A stretch of 63,668 nt of DNA, filler included, from Octopus bimaculoides (taxonomy: Eukaryota), in the NCBI RefSeq assembly GCF_001194135.2. It is 6 parts of 6 records of this genome, joined end to end, with 100 filler letters (N's around TTAATTAATTAA, not from the genome) between each part and the next. Parts side by side here need not be neighbours in the genome. Positions count along the whole stretch, not along the records: positions 1 to 6,104 come from NC_069000.1; positions 6,205 to 26,510 come from NC_069007.1; 4 more parts are not named here. One strand, 5' to 3'. Under the pieces are notes generated by a model. The model was not told the origin of the DNA, ran no database searches, and worked only from the letters and a program-made list of their open reading frames with translations. Below, in pieces: positions 1-12,824 of this stretch (position 1 is the first letter of the stretch; each line of letters begins with the position of its first letter). Both the position numbers and the translations under genes were made by a program.

Positions 1-99
1 ATATATATATACATGATAGGTTTCGGCCAGTGTAGGCCCAGGCCATGTCTAACTTAATAGCACCACCTGGTGAAGTATTTTCATCATGTATGGGGCTCC

Positions 100-1190
100 A
101 TGGCCTACTCTAGCAAAGAGTTATTATTGTTGGAGACATATCTTGGTGTAGGAGGTTGTTCCGGGATTTTTTAGAGAAATTTGTCCAGAGAACTTTTGAA
201 TTTTATGGGATCTGTTTCCGTTTTGACGTATTTTAGTATAACATTAAAGAGAGCTGGGCTGGTTGAGGTAAAGCTGTTGTGTTGGGATGTTGTTATGTGT
301 CCTGAGTTTGATTTTTTCCTGTGGGCAGACAGCACGGGGGTCATGTCTTTGTGCAATATTGATGGAATATTTTCCACATCACACAAATGATGTAGCACTC
401 CTGGTGGTGTTGAAGAGAGTAAAGATTAAGGTTTTTTAGTCAACCCCAATAGTCAATGCCTGTCATGCCATCTATCTTTCTTGTTATTGACCTCTGGAGT
501 GCTTCTACTTTCATAATTAGTTGCTTCGTATGGAGGGACCACAGTGGGCAACAGTATTCAAGGTGGAGTCGGGCAAAAGTAGAGCAGAGAAGGATGATGG
601 TGTAGGCATCTCTAGACCAGAAAGTTCTCAGAATCCAGGAGCATATCTTGCAGGCCAAGTCAACCTTGCTGTTTACTTGGGAACTCCAGCTTAGATTGTT
701 ATCAACAATTACTCTAAGGTCTCTGCTATTGTTGGATGACACTAGGGAGTTGGTTGACGAAGGGGTATATGGTAGTTTCAAAGTATCCTCTTTTCCAAAG
801 TGGATTAAATTAAACTTATCTTCATTTAGAAGCATATTGTTGTTTTCTGCCCATTGGACAACCGCAAACAGACCCGACTGAAGGCATGTTTGGGCTCCCA
901 TACTGTTGATGGCCTTCTGGAGTTTGGAATCATCCAGAAAGATTTTCAGTGTAGAATGTTTGATGATGTCTACTATGTCATTGATGTAGATAATGAAGAG
1001 GAGTGGGCCCAACACAGTACTTTATGGGACACCACTACTGACTTTGGCTGAGCTTGATGGGATTCCCTCAAACACGTTGGGTTCTGTTCGTCAGGAGACA
1101 CTTTATCCTCTGCAGAATCTTTCCATGGACTCCAATGTTGGACAGGTTCTTTGACTGACCATACTGGAGCAATGCCTTAAAGGGCACTTT
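100..1190 (-). mobile_element. Degenerate CR1/L2-clade LINE, 3' part of ORF2 (reverse transcriptase)
   Basis: Minus-strand translation gives SGVP*STVLGPLLFIIYINDI, then FLDD (YADD position), then RLHLEYCCPLWS and FKSSLDKFL. These are typical CR1/L2 RT and C-terminal motifs, interrupted by stops and frameshifts. Confidence 0.88.
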
Positions 1191-1204
1191 AGACGAAAAA
1201 ATTG

Positions 1205-1525
1205 ACCCCATTATTCTTTGTAAGCCTAGTACTTACTCTATTGGTCTCTTTTACTGAACCACTAGGTTACAGGGACATAAACACACCAAAATCAGTTGTC
1301 AAGCAATGGTGGGGGACAAACTCAGGCATAAAGAAACACACAAACATAAATACACACACACACACACACACACATGTATATATACAATAGACTTCTTTCA
1401 GTTTCCAGCTACCAAATCTACTCGCAAGGCTATAGCAGAAGACACTTGCCCAAGGTGTCACGTAGTGGGACTGAACCTAGACCCATGTGGCAAGGAAGCA
1501 AACTTCTTACCACACAGACATGCCT
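1205..1525 (-). mobile_element. tRNA-derived SINE with CORE-like CCTTGGGCAAGT segment
   Basis: Reverse complement has a tRNA-like head (GGTAAGAAG...GGTTCAGTCCC), ACCTTGGGCAAGTGTCTT and an internal microsatellite. It is homologous to copies at 25657 and 60881. Confidence 0.85.
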
Positions 1526-1632
1526 ATCTTTTTCCCTTTTTCTTTCTTTCTCTCTCTCTCTCTCTCTCTCACTCTTTCTTTTCCTTTTCTCTGCCTCTCT
1601 TTCTTTCTTTTTTATCTATCTATCTCTCTCTC

Positions 1633-1667
<35 letters not shown>

Positions 1668-1685
1668 ATGTATATATATATATAT

Positions 1686-2105
1686 ATCATCATCATCGTC
1701 ATCGTTTAGCTTCCGTTTTCCATGCTGGCATGGGTTGGATGGTTTGACTGAGGTCTGGAGAGCCAGCTGCTGCACCAGGCTCCAATCTGATTTGGCAGAG
1801 TTTCTACAGCTGGATGCCCTTCCTAACGCCAACCACTCCGAGAGTGTAGTGGCTGCTTTTTACGTGCCACCGGCACGGGAGCCAGTCAGGGGGCACTGGC
1901 ATTGGTCACGTTTGGATGATGCATTTGGGGTACTGGCCACAGTTACGATTTTGGTTTTACTTGACTCAACAGGTCTTCTGAAGCATGCCTGACCCATCAA
2001 GGGTACTTTTAAGTGAGCCGGACATGCATCACTGACATCGGCCATGGCTTGCTTGGATCTCACTTCAGTTGTCAGGTCTTCTCAATCACAGCATATCTCC
2101 AAAGG
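1686..2105 (-). mobile_element. Dispersed retroposon with (GAT)n tail, probably RTE-mobilised
   Basis: Starts with (ATC)n and contains GGATGCCCTTCCTAACGCCAACCAC. Homologous copies lie at 53287-53575 (same orientation), 59225-59318 (partial) and 62215-62628 (opposite orientation). Confidence 0.75.
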
Positions 2106-2419
2106 TCTCCTGGTCAAATGACTAAAACAAATAAAAGAATGAAAAAAATAAAAGAATAGATTGCTGCTGCTGCTGCTATTGTTATGACTAAATGGACATT
2201 TATAAAACTTCACAATGGCCAAACATCAATATTTATTTCCTGTTGTTAATCACCTGCAGTATTTTGGATTCAAAAGTTGAGTCACATCATCACAACAGTC
2301 ATGTTGAATCTGTCTGTGTGCTATCTTCCATTTTGAATTCAATACAAAGAAAAGAAAAGAAAGCTCCAATCAAAGCTCAGCTCAGCACAGAAGCACACCA
2401 AGTCATCCAGCTCTCTTTT

Positions 2420-3065
2420 CTCTTCATTAGACATCTTGATTTTTTCTTTCTTTCTTTTGTTCTTTTTGTTCCTCTGTTTGTTTGTTTCTTTCTTTCTCTC
2501 TCTTACTTTTTCATTTTCTCTCTCTCTTTCTTCCTTTCTCTCTCTCTCACTCTTTCTTACTGTCCTTCCTTCCTTCTTTCTTTCTTTCTTTCTTCCTTCC
2601 TTCCTTTCTTTCTTTCTTTCTTCCTTCCTTCCTTCCTTCCTTTCTTCCTTTCTTTCTTCCTTCCTTCCTTCCTTCCTTCCTTCCTTTCTTTCTTTCTTTC
2701 TTTCTTTGTTTCTTTCTTTCTTTATTTCTCTCTCTCTCTCTCTCTCTCACACTTTCTAACTAACTTTTCTCTTCTTTTCTTTCTCTCTCTCACTCTCTCA
2801 CTCTTTCTTACTGTCCTTTCTTTTTTCTTCCTTTTTTTCTTTCTCCCTCAGTCTTTCTCTTTCTTTCTCTCTCTCTCTCTCACTTTCTTTCTATCTTTCT
2901 CTTTCTTTTTTGTTCCTTTCTTTCTTTCTTTCTTTCTTTTTGTTCCTCTGTTTGTTTGTTTGTTTGTTTCTCTTACTCTTTCTTTTTCTCTCTCTTTCTT
3001 CCTTTTTCTCTCACTCTTTCTTTCTCTCTCTCTCACACTTTCTAACTATCTCCTTTTTCTTCTTT

Positions 3066-3102
<37 letters not shown>

Positions 3103-3287
3103 NNNNNNNNNNNNNNNNNNNNNNNNNNNNNNNNNNNNNNNNNNNNNNNNNNNNNNNNNNNNNNNNNNNNNNNNNNNNNNNNNNNNNNNNNNNNNNNNNN
3201 NNNNNNNNNNNNNNNNNNTCTCTCTCTCTCTCTCACTTTCTTTCTATCTTTCTCTTTCTTTTTTGTTCCTTTCCTTCTTTCTTTTTT

Positions 3288-3318
<31 letters not shown>

Positions 3319-3330
3319 GTCTTCTTCCAA
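2420..3330. repeat. ~0.9 kb polypyrimidine (CT/CTT/CTTT/CCTT) tract
   Basis: Almost only C and T on the + strand, with an internal N gap. It generates the F/L/S-rich pseudo-ORFs. Confidence 0.95.
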
Positions 3331-3742
3331 CCTCCCATAAACAACCAAACCATTCTTTTAAAAGACTCCTCTCCATCACTGGTCACTATGATTGGTCACT
3401 TATTGGACCTGAGTGGTTTATCTTTTTGTTTTGATTGGTCAGTCATTTGTTCTATGTGTTGGGGGGGGGGCAGTGGAAGATGTTTCATTGGTTCTAAATA
3501 CCCCAACATCTGCATCAAAACCAAATTTTTATATCAAATTGTTTACATTTATTTAAAACAAACACACATATCACACACACACACACATACACATACACAA
3601 ACATAAACACAAACACACATGTGACATACTGCTGGCAGAGACAAGACAGTTTATTTGGAGGGCTTTCTATAGCAAACATCTATAAAATAATAAGTGCGGA
3701 CAGTTTTGAGAGAAAATAATTAATTAATTAAATAATTAATTA

Positions 3743-3811
<69 letters not shown>

Positions 3812-3907
3812 TGACAACTTCAACATCACAAACAACGACAGCAACAATTTGATATTGAGCAACAGAAATAAATAAGAAATTAATATATTTCTTTTAAAAC
3901 AACTATT

Positions 3908-3948
<41 letters not shown>

Positions 3949-4239
3949 TATTAGTAGTATTGAGAGAGAGAGAGAGAGCAACTCATGCCATCAAAGTGAC
4001 ACTAGGGTACAAATATTGTTATCATCATCATCATTTGCTACAACACAGAACCTGACCTTAAATATCTGTCTTATTACTGCTACCACTCAAATAAAAATTT
4101 CATCACTCAAGTTGAGAAGAAAACTATTTTTTAGAGAAAGCAGATAACAGCATTTACAGAAATTTGTAAGTATAAAAATAATGCTTTTTGATGTCTAAAT
4201 TATCTTATTCATTATTTTTTTGTTGTTTTTATTATCTAT

Positions 4240-4385
4240 GCAGCATTTAGTTATATATTTTAGTTATATTGCAGCATTTAGTTATATATTTTAGTTATAT
4301 TGCAGCATTTAGTTATATGTTTTAGTTATATTGCAGCATTTAGTTATATATTTTAGTTATATTGCAGCATTTAGTTATATGTTTT
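4240..4385. repeat. 31-bp minisatellite, ~4.7 copies
   Basis: Unit GCAGCATTTAGTTATATATTTTAGTTATATT starts at 4240, 4271, 4302, 4333 and 4364. Confidence 0.95.
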
Positions 4386-5126
4386 TATATGTGTGTTCAA
4401 ATCTCACTGAGGTTGATTTTTACCTTTCGTTCTCTAAGGGTTGATAAAATGAAGCACTAGTTTCTATGGGATGTCTTAGCAGTGTTATAAGCCCCCGAGA
4501 AAATCGATTCACTGAGCCCTAAAGTATTTATTTATTAACAAGCTGCGACATACATAGATCACAATTCAGCCCATAAATCTGCAAAGTCCCTGCACAAATC
4601 ACTTCACTGAGTTCTATAGAATTTATTTATTGATCAGCAAACTATGACATAAATAGATCAGAAGTGAGCCTCTACAGGGGCTGTAGAAAAAAAGGTGGCA
4701 TTTGGGAGGAAGGTAGTGAATTGGGGGAAGCAATCAATTTATTATAATATCATTAATTGTATACAAATTATATAATATTATATTAAATATCAAATGATTC
4801 ATAATATATATAAATTAGTAAAATATAAAATATTTATTTATACATAAAAATAGGGGTGGGGGCGCTGAGGGTATTATGTGGCCATGAAGTGGGTGGAGGC
4901 CCAAAAAGTTTGAGAACCTCTGCTCTAGAGGCAGAGATAATTTTTATAGACCAAGGAATTATATTGTGTGATATTTGATATACCAGTATTTGTTTTGTTT
5001 TCAAGTCTAATATTTATTCTATCAGTTTCTTTTGCTGAACTGCTTTGCATTATGGGGATGTAAACAAACCAACATTAGTAGTCAAGTAGTGTGTAGGAAG
5101 GGAGCAGTGACAAACACAGACACAAA

Positions 5127-5210
<84 letters not shown>

Positions 5211-5865
5211 TGATAGGTTTTCATACAGTTCCCGTCTACAAAATCCACTCACAAAGCTTTGGTTGGCCCAGGGCTCTTGTAGAAGCAGAACTGGTTTTAA
5301 GCCAATTAGAGAGATTTCTTCAAATTGGGCCCTCACACACATGCTTGAGTGGAGGACACTGATGAATTTTTAGTATATCATTGTGGCTAATGTTGAAGCC
5401 TCAAGCCCTCAACACTTTTTGGCTTGGACTAGCATGCTGCAAGAAACATAAAATAGCAATCTTCAACTTTTATAGACAATTCTTTAACTCTTTAGTGTTT
5501 AAACTGACCATATCTAGTCAAAATGTTCTACCTATTTTATGTTCATACTGGCCGGATCTGGCCTCTCACACCTATCTTGCAATGTCATTCTTAAAATAGA
5601 CAACCACTTCATCGATATCTCATAACTACAAGATAATGTGAGATTAATTCAAAACAGTGTGAATAAATAAACATTACATTTAACAGAGTAATCTGAATGC
5701 TAAAGGGTTAATTGTGCCCCACACTTCCAAGTACTGGCCCTGAGTAAAAGACATGTACCCAACGTGCAGCATATTTGGACTGAACCCAAAACCATGTGGT
5801 TGCAAAGCAAGTTTCTTAACAAATTGCCTGTACCAAGATCATTTTGGATTGCACCACTCTTAATG

Positions 5866-5909
<44 letters not shown>

Positions 5910-5931
5910 TATTTGGCAAATATAGCAGGGG

Positions 5932-6022
5932 ACTGTTGCTCTGAGTTTCGCGTTCCCGTTCATCGGACAGATTTCTAACAAAACTGTCTGATGAACGGGA
6001 ACGTGAAGCTCAGAGTGGCAGT
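5932..6022. ncRNA. 39-bp inverted repeat made of two divergently oriented hammerhead-like motifs
   Basis: Arms 5932-5970 and 5984-6022 match at 33/39 positions. The right arm reads CTGT-CTGATGA-ACG GGAA CGT-GAAG-CTCAGAG-TG-GCAG. The left arm on the minus strand reads CTGT-CCGATGA-ACG GGAA CGC-GAAA-CTCAGAG-CA-ACAG. Confidence 0.65.
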
Positions 6023-6104
6023 TTTTTGTTGTATTTCTGCTGCTTTTAAATAAAGCATATTACTCTACCTCTGGTATTTGAGTACTCTTTTTTCCACCTT
6101 GTTG

Positions 6105-6204
6105 NNNNNNNNNNNNNNNNNNNNNNNNNNNNNNNNNNNNNNNNNNNNTTAATTAATTAANNNNNNNNNNNNNNNNNNNNNNNNNNNNNNNNNNNNNNNN
6201 NNNN
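6105..6204. other. Scaffolding spacer (44 N + TTAATTAATTAA + 44 N)
   Basis: Exactly 100 nt, with a six-frame stop linker at 6149-6160. Confidence 0.97.
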
Positions 6205-6516
6205 TATACGTGTGTGTGTGTGTGTGTGTATGTGTGTAAGTATCTGTTACATTTTGATGCGTATGACCATGCGCATATTAACTACATATCACCGTTTAAT
6301 TCATTTATTCTCATATTCCTCAATTACTATATTCTTACATTCTATCAAGACAGTAACACTAATTTCATAAATCACTTTCTACAGCAAAAATCTTTACCTT
6401 CACTTTTTTTGCCATCACATACTTCAGTGCGTTCTATCTCACTCTCTTTCCATCTCTCTCTCTCTCCCTGTTTCTCACACTCTCTCTTTTACATGGTCTC
6501 TCTCTCTCTCTCTCTT

Positions 6517-6550
<34 letters not shown>

Positions 6551-6971
6551 ATTCTCTCTCTCTCTCGATCATGAAACACATTATACTTCTATGATTCGTT
6601 CTTGCTTTCAACTTTCTGTATTTTTCCTCTTCTCTAATCTCCATCTCTGCACTAATTGTCTAGTTTCTTAGCATATATGAAAAATAGATGCCAAGAGTCA
6701 ACCACGTTCAAGAATGAAATTTCTNNNNNNNNNNNNNNNNNNNNNNNNNNNNNNNNNNNNNNNNNNNNNNNNNNNNNNNNNNNNNNNNNNNNNNNNNNNN
6801 NNNNNNNNNNNNNNNNNNNNNNNNNNNNNNNNNNNNNNNNNNNNNNNNNNNNNNNNNNNNNNNNNNNNNNNNNNNNNNNNNNNNNNNNNNNNNNNNNNNN
6901 NNNNNNNNNNNNNNNNNNNNNNNNNNNNNNNNNNNNNNNNNNNNNNNNNNNNNNNNNNNNNNNNNNNNNNN

Positions 6972-7244
6972 NTAGGCTCCGGCAGGGGATGGTGGTGAAC
7001 CCTGCTGTACTCTTTCGCCACAACTTTCTCTCACTCTTACATTCTGTTTCTGTTTTGCCTGTAATTCAAAGGGCCAGCCTTGTCACACTGTGTCACGCTG
7101 AATATCCCCGAGAACTACATTAAGGGTACACGTGTCTGTGGAGTGCTCAGCCACTTACACGTTAATTTCACGAGCAGGCTGTTCCATTGATCGGATCGCC
7201 TGGAACCCTCGATGTCGCAAGGAACGGAGTGCCAACAACAACAA
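6972..7244 (+). mobile_element. SINE with (AAC)n tail, 5' end lost in gap
   Basis: Highly similar to the reverse complement of 17922-18272. A partial copy lies at 57598-57870. Confidence 0.85.
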
Positions 7245-7362
7245 TATATATATGTGTATATCTATCAATATACATATATATATATATATACATACATATA
7301 TATATATATATGTGTGTGTGTNNNNNNNNNNTATATATATATACATACATATATATATATAT

Positions 7363-7400
<38 letters not shown>

Positions 7401-7433
7401 ATTCATATATTTTTTGTATCTGGGGTGAGTCAT

Positions 7434-8095
7434 TATCTTTTACTGCCTCTATTACTAAATACAAACTCTCTTGTAAACGTTTGATAATGGTCGCAGTCAA
7501 CAACTATTACTCCTCCATAATCCCCACTATTCTAAATAGTGCGCTCATTTTTGCTAAGTACTATACTAAGATCAGTATGAAAGAAATGAATGTAATGCAC
7601 ACGGCCCATAAGTCCTTTATTGTATTTGATAACAAACTGCGGGCTACAAAGGACACCCCTGATTTCTTTGATATAGCTATGGGTTCCTCAGACTCAGCAG
7701 AGGTGACCAACCTTGTGGGAATATACCTATTAAACAACATCAACAAGGAATAACCTGAATTATTTTGAAGTGGAGTACTCTACAGAGATTATGCACTTTT
7801 TATAATTAGAAATACCACTAATTTACGCCTAGAACTACTTAAGAAACGCCTTTACAAATTTTTCAATAGATTTGGCCTCTCTATTACTGTAGAAAATGAA
7901 AATTACTCCATCAACTACCTAGACGTTAATTGTAATTTAACTATATTAAATCCATCTCTAACTTGAAAGATATAACTATCAAAGTAATCAACCGCAATCT
8001 ACAAAAAATGCATTAGTAAAACATTTTCTTCATGAGGACTTATTTAACAAGCATAAGTTAAGTATGGTAAAGCACTTAAACATGTTAGAGAGGTA
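7434..8095 (+). mobile_element. Penelope-like element reverse transcriptase relic
   Basis: Translation gives VAVNNYYSSI, FDIAMGSSDSAEVTNLVGIYLL, LYRDY, RFGLSITVE and INYLDV. These match PLE RT motifs (FDVxxFYPSI; MGSxDGAEVCELVG; YRDD; NFLDV), with in-frame stops. Confidence 0.85.
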
Positions 8096-9178
8096 GAATT
8101 AAATATACCCCATACACGAACGCAACGAATAGGAGCAATATCGACAGTTTTAATTGCAATAATATAGAACATAGAAATATACCTAAAGTAAGGAATAAAG
8201 CACAGAAATTTATAGCGCACGACACCAACAAGATGGGAACCAGCAACTCAAAGAAGAACTATAAAAATAATAGAAATACATCTAATAAAAAAGGAGGGGA
8301 ATTAGACGAGGTATGGATGATGCCAATAAACCCATTAATCACGAAGACGACAGTAATAACTCAAAGCATTATTTGCAGAAACCGAGTCCTAGCAGCACTA
8401 ATGGCGGTATTTATGCGTTATAATTGAAGGTAAATGCACTAGTAACTACCTACCCTAACGGTAGGCTCCCCTTAATCTTTCGTTACTTAGTATCGAACGG
8501 CTGTCCTATTTTATGTTGAGATGCTGGAAAATGACACAAGCGGCCTTACGCCACCTACGACATAGACTACTCCCCTACACCTTTTATTTACTATTTATTT
8601 ACTTCTTTATTTTACATCTACCCCCTAACGGCTTTAGATTGCCCTCGGCTTTAGATTTAGCCAACCAATTATAGAGATGTCTGGACTTTGGTCAATTTCA
8701 TTACGGTGGTTGGTCTTTAGAATAATTCAGTAGGAATACTATTATTACAACTTTAGGGTATCGTTTTTCGATAAATATTAATTAGCACAATTTACGAAAT
8801 CATAAGTACAATTCTTTCTCTAGACTCATTGGCGAACCTTGTTATACTTAAGTTCTAGTCTTATTCTATTATCATTTATACACCTTGTTACCCCTAAAGA
8901 AAGATTAACCCACCAGTTATTTTACTAGTTTATTTGCTAGTTTGTTCATTTGCTCATCGACTTCAAGCTTTACACTGCAAAATGATGCGATTCTAATTCA
9001 TTAAGCCTCCTTTCCTCATCTCGAGGCCCTCTTATGTCCTCTTCCCTCTTCTCTTCTTTTATTTTAAGTACTTGTATCCACTGAAGCAATTGCTAAAATA
9101 AAGGTTGTAACCTTTTAATTTCAATTTGCTTTTCCTTATCATTTTCATGCCATCATTTCTGACGGCACGGTTACACTA

Positions 9179-9219
<41 letters not shown>

Positions 9220-9839
9220 CTATAGATATAATACCGTAAATTATACTCCAGAATGCCAGTAAATATAAAAACTTTGACACAACGCAGTGCAACCACAAAA
9301 GTGTATCGATGCTTTCTTTCCAAGACAAAATATAAATTACATCGTGACAGATTTACTTACAAAATAGAACCAAGCAACAACAACAACAACAACAACAACC
9401 GCAGAAGCAACAACAACAGTATATTGACAATAAGAAGAGGAGGGCCATTGAGGTGGTGTTCATATTTTATTTGATCCTATCTAAAATTGGTAATTATCAG
9501 TTACTATAGAATTGTGCATTTTTCCTTCTCTTTAACATCAAAGACTTACCAAAAATCAATTCCACCCTTTCTTTCTTATCAGTACATTCACCGTTTCTTC
9601 CGAAATTCTTCGTCCATTGATCTCAGGTTCCTCGTCTTTGGAGATTTCTTCATGATAAAAATAAAAATAACAAAAAAAAGCGAAAAACAAAAATAAAAAT
9701 CATAGGGAAAAGAAAGGAAACGCAGAAGAAGTGACATTGATGAATGCTTCGATGAAAACCATAATCATAAGAATCTGTAGAGTCATCTTCTCTTATTGCA
9801 GCCCCCAATATATCACTGGTAGATTATCCCGGTCATCTT

Positions 9840-9844
9840 ATTTC

Positions 9845-9878
<34 letters not shown>

Positions 9879-10380
9879 TGTCGTCGTCGTCTTTGTCGTC
9901 GACTTCGTTGTCATCTCTGTTGTCTTCGTACCGCCGCAATCATCATCATCATCATCACTATCGTCAGTCACCATAATCATCATCGTCGTCGTCGTCGTCG
10001 TCGACTTCATTGAAATCTTCGTTGTCATCGTCTTCGTATAACGTCGTGGTACTCCCCCTCCTCCTCCTCCTCCTCCTCCTCCTCCTCATTATCATCATCA
10101 TCAATTTCCTCGTCCAGCTATCAACTTGCATTTCGCCCGGCGCCCTCACGTTTCTGCCAGCTTGCTGACTTTAGTACATGAACACTATTATCAGCATTTT
10201 GATTATTATCAACGTTATCAGCAGCATTATGATTACATAATGAAGAAGGAAGAGAAGGAGGAGGGAGGAGGAAGAAATGGAAGAAGAGAGAGGAGGAAGA
10301 ATTGGAGGAGGTAGAAGAGGAGACGATAAAGACTGAGGTTGAAAATGAGGAGCAAAATGCAAGAAATGAAGAAGCATAAA
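9840..10380. repeat. Mosaic of trinucleotide repeats (ATC, GTC, CCT, GAG/GAA) with a SINE 5' fragment
   Basis: Directly visible triplet runs. 10120-10170 is the reverse complement of a SINE head (CAAGCTGGCAGAAACGT...GCCGGGCGAAATGC). Confidence 0.85.
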
Positions 10381-10964
10381 AAAGGTAAGTGTAAGATTAA
10401 CGTGGTGGTATTTGAACTTTGCATGTGTCGGAACATAAATAAATACGGCATCACGATATTTGTTCGCCCTAACTATAATTTAGGTCTAGCTGTCATTAAT
10501 TAATTATTTCTAAATATATTTAAATGACTATAAAAGCCTGAAATATTAATCAAGTTATTTACATGAATTATATCCACTTCTGCTTTGGTCTGCTACTTTT
10601 TCCCCCACCCCCGGAGAATAGTTAAAGCTCAGCCTTCAAAAAATATATGAACGAACAATAGATTACTCTCGACGCTCTACTGGTTAAGATTAAATTGGAT
10701 AAAGACTTGTTAATTCCAAAGCAATGGGAGATGAAATATTAAATTGAAGACATAATGACAGTTGAAGTTTTATCTTGTATTAATTAGTTCGTTGTTTCGG
10801 ATTTAGGATCTTTTGAGCCACAAAACACGTGGAGAAATGGGAGAGAGAATAAAACTACCACCGTTTCACAGATAGGAAATAGTAGTGCCATGCGCAGACT
10901 GGTTACTATAATAAAGCCAATTCGCGCATGTGACTACCTTCTCCTATACGTCTGAGCAACGATA

Positions 10965-11545
10965 ATAGCATTTCTCCATGTCGGTTGATTTTGCTGACGA
11001 CGAGATGTTAGGCGGCTCGTCAGAAAACGATCTCCAACATGCACTGAGGAAATTCCCTGCCGAGTGCAGGGATGAGGATTAATATCGTGAAGACAGATAT
11101 TGGTCTTCTCTAGAAAATCTTCCCAATGCACTCTGCATGTTAGTGGATCATCACTAAGAAAAATGTCGGAGAAACATCTCAGGACCATATTCACGAGTGA
11201 TGGAAGACAAGAGAATAAATCAAATGCTAGAATTTTCAGGAGCTCGGACATTAGCGTGTCCGATCCATAGAAAAACGAATGGTTGGTAAAAGGCCAAACT
11301 TGCTATCTTCAGTTTCTTTTAAGTGCCTAATTTCACCTTGGACATCAATGTTAGGTAATAGCTTAAAGAGCTAGAGCGTTAATACAAGCAACCGAAATAG
11401 GGTTTCCCCGGATAGAATGTAGAGTAACGTTAATCTACAAGTTGCGTTCCACGGAGTTCAGGGAGTTTCTTCTGGTCGAGCTGTTGCTTCGTACTGAGAG
11501 GGCACAGCTCGAGCACTATGGACATGTGATTAGAATGCCCTAAGA
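10965..11545 (+). mobile_element. RTE-clade LINE reverse transcriptase fragment
   Basis: DFADDEMLGGSSENDLQHAL, then QCTLHVSGSSL, TIFTSDGRQE and LLLRTERAQLEHYGHVIRMP. These match the RTE FADD region and the C-terminal 'LRWFGHVxRM' motif. Frameshifted. Confidence 0.85.
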
Positions 11546-12486
11546 ATGATGCTTCAAGCCAAAGCAATTGGCAGGAGAGATAGTGGTAGACCAATAATGA
11601 GATGGTTGTATATAATCCATAGTCTCATTAGTCGCAACTGTTAACTCAGTCAAACGTTCTAATGATAGTTTCTTCTGATAGGAGCCTCTAAAGTTGCTAC
11701 CTGAAGACTCTTCTTCAGCAACCATCTCAGGAGTATGTACCGAGAAAATGGATGAATGGATTTTTCCATGTGTCTTGAGGAAGCGTTTCTTACCCCGAAA
11801 TATTAAGGTAAACTGCCATTATTGATCTGTCTTCACTTTTGTATTTTATTTCGCGTTATTTCGGACATTACAACATTTTATCTAATATACACTTAGCTTA
11901 TAATTTAACATAATTTTATACATTAAGGAGTTATTTCACGATTTCCTCTGATTTTGCTGGCAAGGAAACAAACAGTCATGTCTTATGATGAGGTGCAAAA
12001 CAACTTTTTATTTTATTCTATGAGGTGGCGTTTGTGTCTGGTAAACTATGGGAAAATTATAGGGTGTCTCTATGATTGGTCATAATTAAATACGCAAGTA
12101 ACCGATACTATGCCTAGCATAATTATGAGGAAATGTATGCTCCCTAATTATGAGACACCCTGAGTAGACACACACGCAAACACACACGCATCACACACAC
12201 ACAATCACACACACACATGCATATATATGTATATTAATATATATATGTATATATATATGTATGTATGTATGTATGTACGTATGTATACATACATGTGTAT
12301 GTACATATATGTTAATATATATATATATNNNNNNNNNNTTTCTATTGTTATTAAAGCAGCACAAACATCGCAATAAAACTGTGACTCAGAGTTCCCCGTT
12401 CCCGTTCGTCGGGCAATTGTGATAAAGACTTGAAAAGACAGAATATTACTCTACCTCGGTATTCCAGTACTATTATTTTGTATTTA

Positions 12487-12824
12487 CGTCGAGGAACTTG
12501 GCTGGGACAAAAATTGCTCATTCGTCTTATTCCTCAAACGTTGCTACTTTATATTACCAATGGTTCTGTACTTTAGGGAATGGAATACGTTCAATGGATT
12601 AACTCTCGAAACATGTGATTTCGAAATAATAGATCTTTCAATGTTGCTCGCTTCGAAACTGAAAGAGTTTTTCAATAATAGGATTAAATAACTCACGAGT
12701 AGATGGAAAGATGTCATAGATAATCATGGAAATTATATTCACATTTACATTTCATTAAAATGTAAGATTTGATCACGTGTCCCTTATTAAAAATCTGGAA
12801 ATTATCTTTCGGACTACCTGATAT
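12487..12824 (+). mobile_element. Mariner transposase 3' fragment with probable terminal inverted repeat
   Basis: EELGWDKIAHSSYSSNV (decayed ELGWEVLPHPPYSPDL) and KEFFNNRIK*LTSRWKDVIDNHGNYI, followed by ...TTTCGGACTACCTGATA-TA. Confidence 0.8.

Noticed and set aside
2192-3434. Long F/L/S-rich 'membrane protein' ORFs
   Set aside because: They are translations of the CT-rich tract and N gap, with no domain signal.
6149-6160. TTAATTAATTAA as a conserved biological palindrome
   Set aside because: It is always centred in exactly 88 Ns, so it is an assembly linker.
10978-11082. Apparent first exon of a host gene (MSVDFADDEML...)
   Set aside because: The sequence continues by frameshift into RTE reverse transcriptase motifs, so it is a LINE relic.
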